From: Thermoproteaceae archaeon
GTDB lineage: Archaea > Thermoproteota > Thermoprotei > Thermoproteales > Thermoproteaceae
Direction: 5' to 3'
Length of the DNA stretch: 17,415 nt
Assembly: GCA_020833025.1 (NCBI GenBank)
Contig: JAJHRB010000031.1
Coordinates: 1-17,415 of the forward strand
The notes under the pieces were generated by a model. It was not told the origin of the DNA. It worked only from the letters and a program-made list of their open reading frames with translations, and did not search any database. A program made the position numbers and the translations under genes. Every line of letters starts with the position of its first letter. Position 1 is the first letter of the stretch. Below are positions 15,901 through 17,415 of the stretch, piece by piece.

Positions 15901-16640
15901 TCAATGCCCAGCCTGCCGAGCTCCTCCCTTAGCGCCCTGGCCACGGGCAGGCACTGCTCGAAGTGCATGCCGCCGTAGAGGAAGAGCGCAACGGCAGGTC
16001 TCCTCGGCGTAACGGCGCCCTCAGCGCAGATCCCGTCTGGCAACAGCACACAATGCTCGTATTCCCTCCTGGGCTCGTCGTAGTGCGCCCTCACGCCGAG
16101 GTACTCCGAGAGTATCAGCTTGAGCATGTTCTCAAGATTCTTCCTGCCCCAGTACGTCCAGTACCTCGTGAGCCATATGTAGTTCCTCCAGTCCCTCAGC
16201 GCGCCGACCGGCAGCGCGCTCGTGACCCTCTCAGCGACATTCAGCATCCTGAACACCCTGCCCGCGTCGAACCTATCGGCGTCAAAGTCGAGGGGCCTCA
16301 TCCTCCTCACAATGGCCTCGCCCGACAGGCCCCCCAGCTTGAGATAGGCAAGCGCGACCGTCCCGCCGACCAGCGGCACCACGATCCTGGCGCGGGAGCT
16401 GAGAATTGCCTCCTCGACGTGTCTGGGCACGTCGCTTCTTATGTCCACGAGCAACACGTCGGCGCCGGCGACTCTGGACTTCACATCGTGGGGGTCTAGC
16501 TTGCCCAGGTCGTGCACGTAAATGACGTCGAGGTGTATTGCAACGCCGGCCTCCCTTTCAACTGCCTTGGCGGCCTCAAACAGCGTTCTGAGGGAGGTCT
16601 TGGTGGAGATAAGCGCGATCTTTACACTACCTCTAGCCAT
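12948..16640 (-). CDS. CobN/magnesium chelatase H-family large subunit, copy 1
   Basis: IIYNYPPGEENVGSAAYLDVF, GNVFIGVQP.RG, PPHHQY.AFY, HLGTHGTLELLPGK, KRRGYA, PTGSH..AFDPR.IP, GRPRVDV, GFFRDMFP, DHYYEFLGG, RARLLNPRWI. ATG 16640 follows a strong SD (GGTGAGGTG). Confidence 0.92.
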   Translation of the reverse strand: MARGSVKIALISTKTSLRTLFEAAKAVEREAGVAIHLDVIYVHDLGKLDPHDVKSRVAGADVLLVDIRSDVPRHVEEAILSSRARIVVPLVGGTVALAYLKLGGLSGEAIVRRMRPLDFDADRFDAGRVFRMLNVAERVTSALPVGALRDWRNYIWLTRYWTYWGRKNLENMLKLILSEYLGVRAHYDEPRREYEHCVLLPDGICAEGAVTPRRPAVALFLYGGMHFEQCLPVARALREELGRLGIDTVLVVGGVAEGLLRQLETLRRYTVAGGRTLVDAVVNLQWFVINGGPYGGDVEPTRKLLTEAGCLLFNGLIAYMRRYSDWRADPRGLSPIEVVAGVALPEIDGAIEPIISATLDDTEYTDIVVLEERTRRKAARIARWVGLRYRPRAERRVAVIIYNYPPGEENVGSAAYLDVFASLEALLGALARAGYRVEQKSKDELVALVRGYLVNSPRWHLHGATAPRLPLGEYTKYYSALPGELRDAVERLWGPPPGEINVDESMNFVIPGVVLGNVFIGVQPARGFHEDPSKLYHSKDVPPHHQYIAFYYWVREVFRADVIVHLGTHGTLELLPGKEVALSETCWPDALIGDVPHVYVYHVTNPSEMTIAKRRGYAYVITHGTPPFANAELYGEYAELEELVREYEEERDAEKKDALAALIREKCEKMHLKCDSVETLHAYLYEMKKSAIPRGLHVLGRTWSDEEIIDYLLFVLKRDGDVKSLARTLVEDWGYDYDALLSNPGGLSGGAMGSEILERAEKAAREMIELVVRGGDPERVARRFVKRKELRKDALEALEYARDLYGRIRRSDELGAVIKVLDGLYVEPRVAGDPVRTPEVFPTGSHGYAFDPRLIPSRAAYLKGVKIAEELIKRYRERHGRYPESIGLVLWGFETAQTRGETVGAILQLLGVRLIRDRGPWAPRLEVIPLEQLGRPRVDVAVTICGFFRDMFPNLVSLIGQAVKLVARLDEPPEANYVRKHCLALREKFGEEVAAARVFGPKPGTYGTRLPELVESSSWSAEEELARAYLEDVGYAYTDSLHATEAGGALAEVLKTVDLVAQVRSTTEYDIGDLDHYYEFLGGLRRAVELVSGRRVEALWIDTTGARDVVRSAEESVELWARARLLNPRWINAMLEHGYDGAREVMKRVEYLLGHAALTKAVAEWIWSEVERTYLMNAEVRERIKKYNPWALHRIASVLHEAYRRGYWRPTREELEFLEGLIVELERELE

Positions 16641-16741
16641 ATACTGCACCTCACCTTTGTAATGTGACGGAGGGTGTGCGCCGTTGCTGGAAAGGGGAGA
16701 CAAGCCGCATCTGTCTTTGTACTACCGATATAGGATCACCA

Positions 16742-17415
16742 CTATTCAAGCTCCCTCTCTAGCGACGTGATGACCTCCTCTAGAAGCTTCAGCTCTTCGT
16801 CTGTCGGCTTCCAGTAGCCGCGTCTATAAGCCTCGTGGATCCGCGACGCGATAGAGTGCAGGGCGTAGGGGTTTACGCGCCTCAGCCATTCTCTGTATTT
16901 CTCCTCCGCGACGTAGCGGTGGAACACCCTCCTCCACATCCACTCCTCCACCTTTCCCGTCGTTGCCGATAAGCCCATGAGGTTGTCTACCCTCTCGGCG
17001 ATGTGTTGAGCGCCGTGGTACCCCGCCTTGAGCATCTCCTCAATCCATTTGGGGTTTAGAAGACGCGTAATAAGTCCCCTCTTTATAGAGGCGGATACGT
17101 CCTCCACCTCGATGTACTCCCCAGTGGTGTCTGCCACTAAGATCTCCGGCTTCCTCCCCCTAACAACCTCTACAGACTTGGCGAGGCCGCCTAAAAACTC
17201 GTAGTAGTGGTCGAGGTCTACGATGTCGTGTAGGTGGGAGTCGCGCACCTGCGAAACTACCTCCACCTCTTTCAGCAAAGCCTTGAACTGCTCCCTCGTC
17301 TCTACGCCGTGTGCGCCTCTCCCGTATGCGTGAGACATGTGGAAGATGTAGGCCTTGGCGAGGTCGGCTTCTTCGTTCCAGGCGGAGCTTTCTATCAGCT
17401 GGGGCAGATGGGGGG
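16742..17415 (-). CDS. CobN/magnesium chelatase H-family large subunit, copy 2 (C-terminal part; continues beyond the window)
   Basis: The frame is open to the edge: HLPQLIESSAWNEEADLAKAY...DLDHYYEFLGGL...TRLLNPKWI...YRRGYWKP, colinear with the C-terminus of copy 1. Confidence 0.9.
   Translation of the reverse strand, partial: PHLPQLIESSAWNEEADLAKAYIFHMSHAYGRGAHGVETREQFKALLKEVEVVSQVRDSHLHDIVDLDHYYEFLGGLAKSVEVVRGRKPEILVADTTGEYIEVEDVSASIKRGLITRLLNPKWIEEMLKAGYHGAQHIAERVDNLMGLSATTGKVEEWMWRRVFHRYVAEEKYREWLRRVNPYALHSIASRIHEAYRRGYWKPTDEELKLLEEVITSLERELE

Noticed and set aside
5013-16499. Numerous overlapping antisense or alternative-frame ORFs of 60-200 aa in the track
   Set aside because: Shadow ORFs typical of high-GC coding DNA; Arg/Pro/Ser-rich, no motifs, and fully inside well-supported genes.
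16641-16703. 21-aa N-terminal extension of CobN/ChlH copy 1
   Set aside because: A strong SD (GGTGAGGTG) directly precedes ATG 16640.
1-17415. tRNA, rRNA, SRP RNA or RNase P RNA genes
   Set aside because: No T-loop or anticodon cloverleaf, no SRP helix-8 GGAA tetraloop motif and no RNase P P4 motif recognised by eye.

Overview
Window from a hyperthermophilic crenarchaeon; the S24e/S27ae, GH57 and phosphorylase sequences look like Thermoproteaceae (Pyrobaculum/Thermoproteus-like). It has two compositionally different parts. Positions 1-2452 are lower in GC and hold a frameshifted nadC, a clan-AA aspartic protease and a multiply broken amino-acid permease whose last ~92 bp are inverted in place. 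Positions 2453-17415 are GC-rich and hold queE, a probable decayed TnpB-like remnant, a GIY-YIG (DUF123-like) nuclease with a coupled hypothetical gene, a divergent glucan phosphorylase/GH57 pair, a B12-binding radical SAM gene, the rps24e-rps27ae-kae1 operon, a flavin reductase, a three-gene DUF2283/unknown/DUF4258-like cassette and two tandem CobN/ChlH-family genes (the second cut by the window edge). The most striking unannotated signal is a solitary 24-bp CRISPR-type repeat (GAATCTCAAAAGAAGGATTGAAAG, 4996-5019). It lies just behind a BRE/TATA-like motif and overlaps the phosphorylase stop codon on the opposite strand, so its would-be spacer is perfectly antisense to that mRNA. Family assignments come from motif recognition only; no searches were run.
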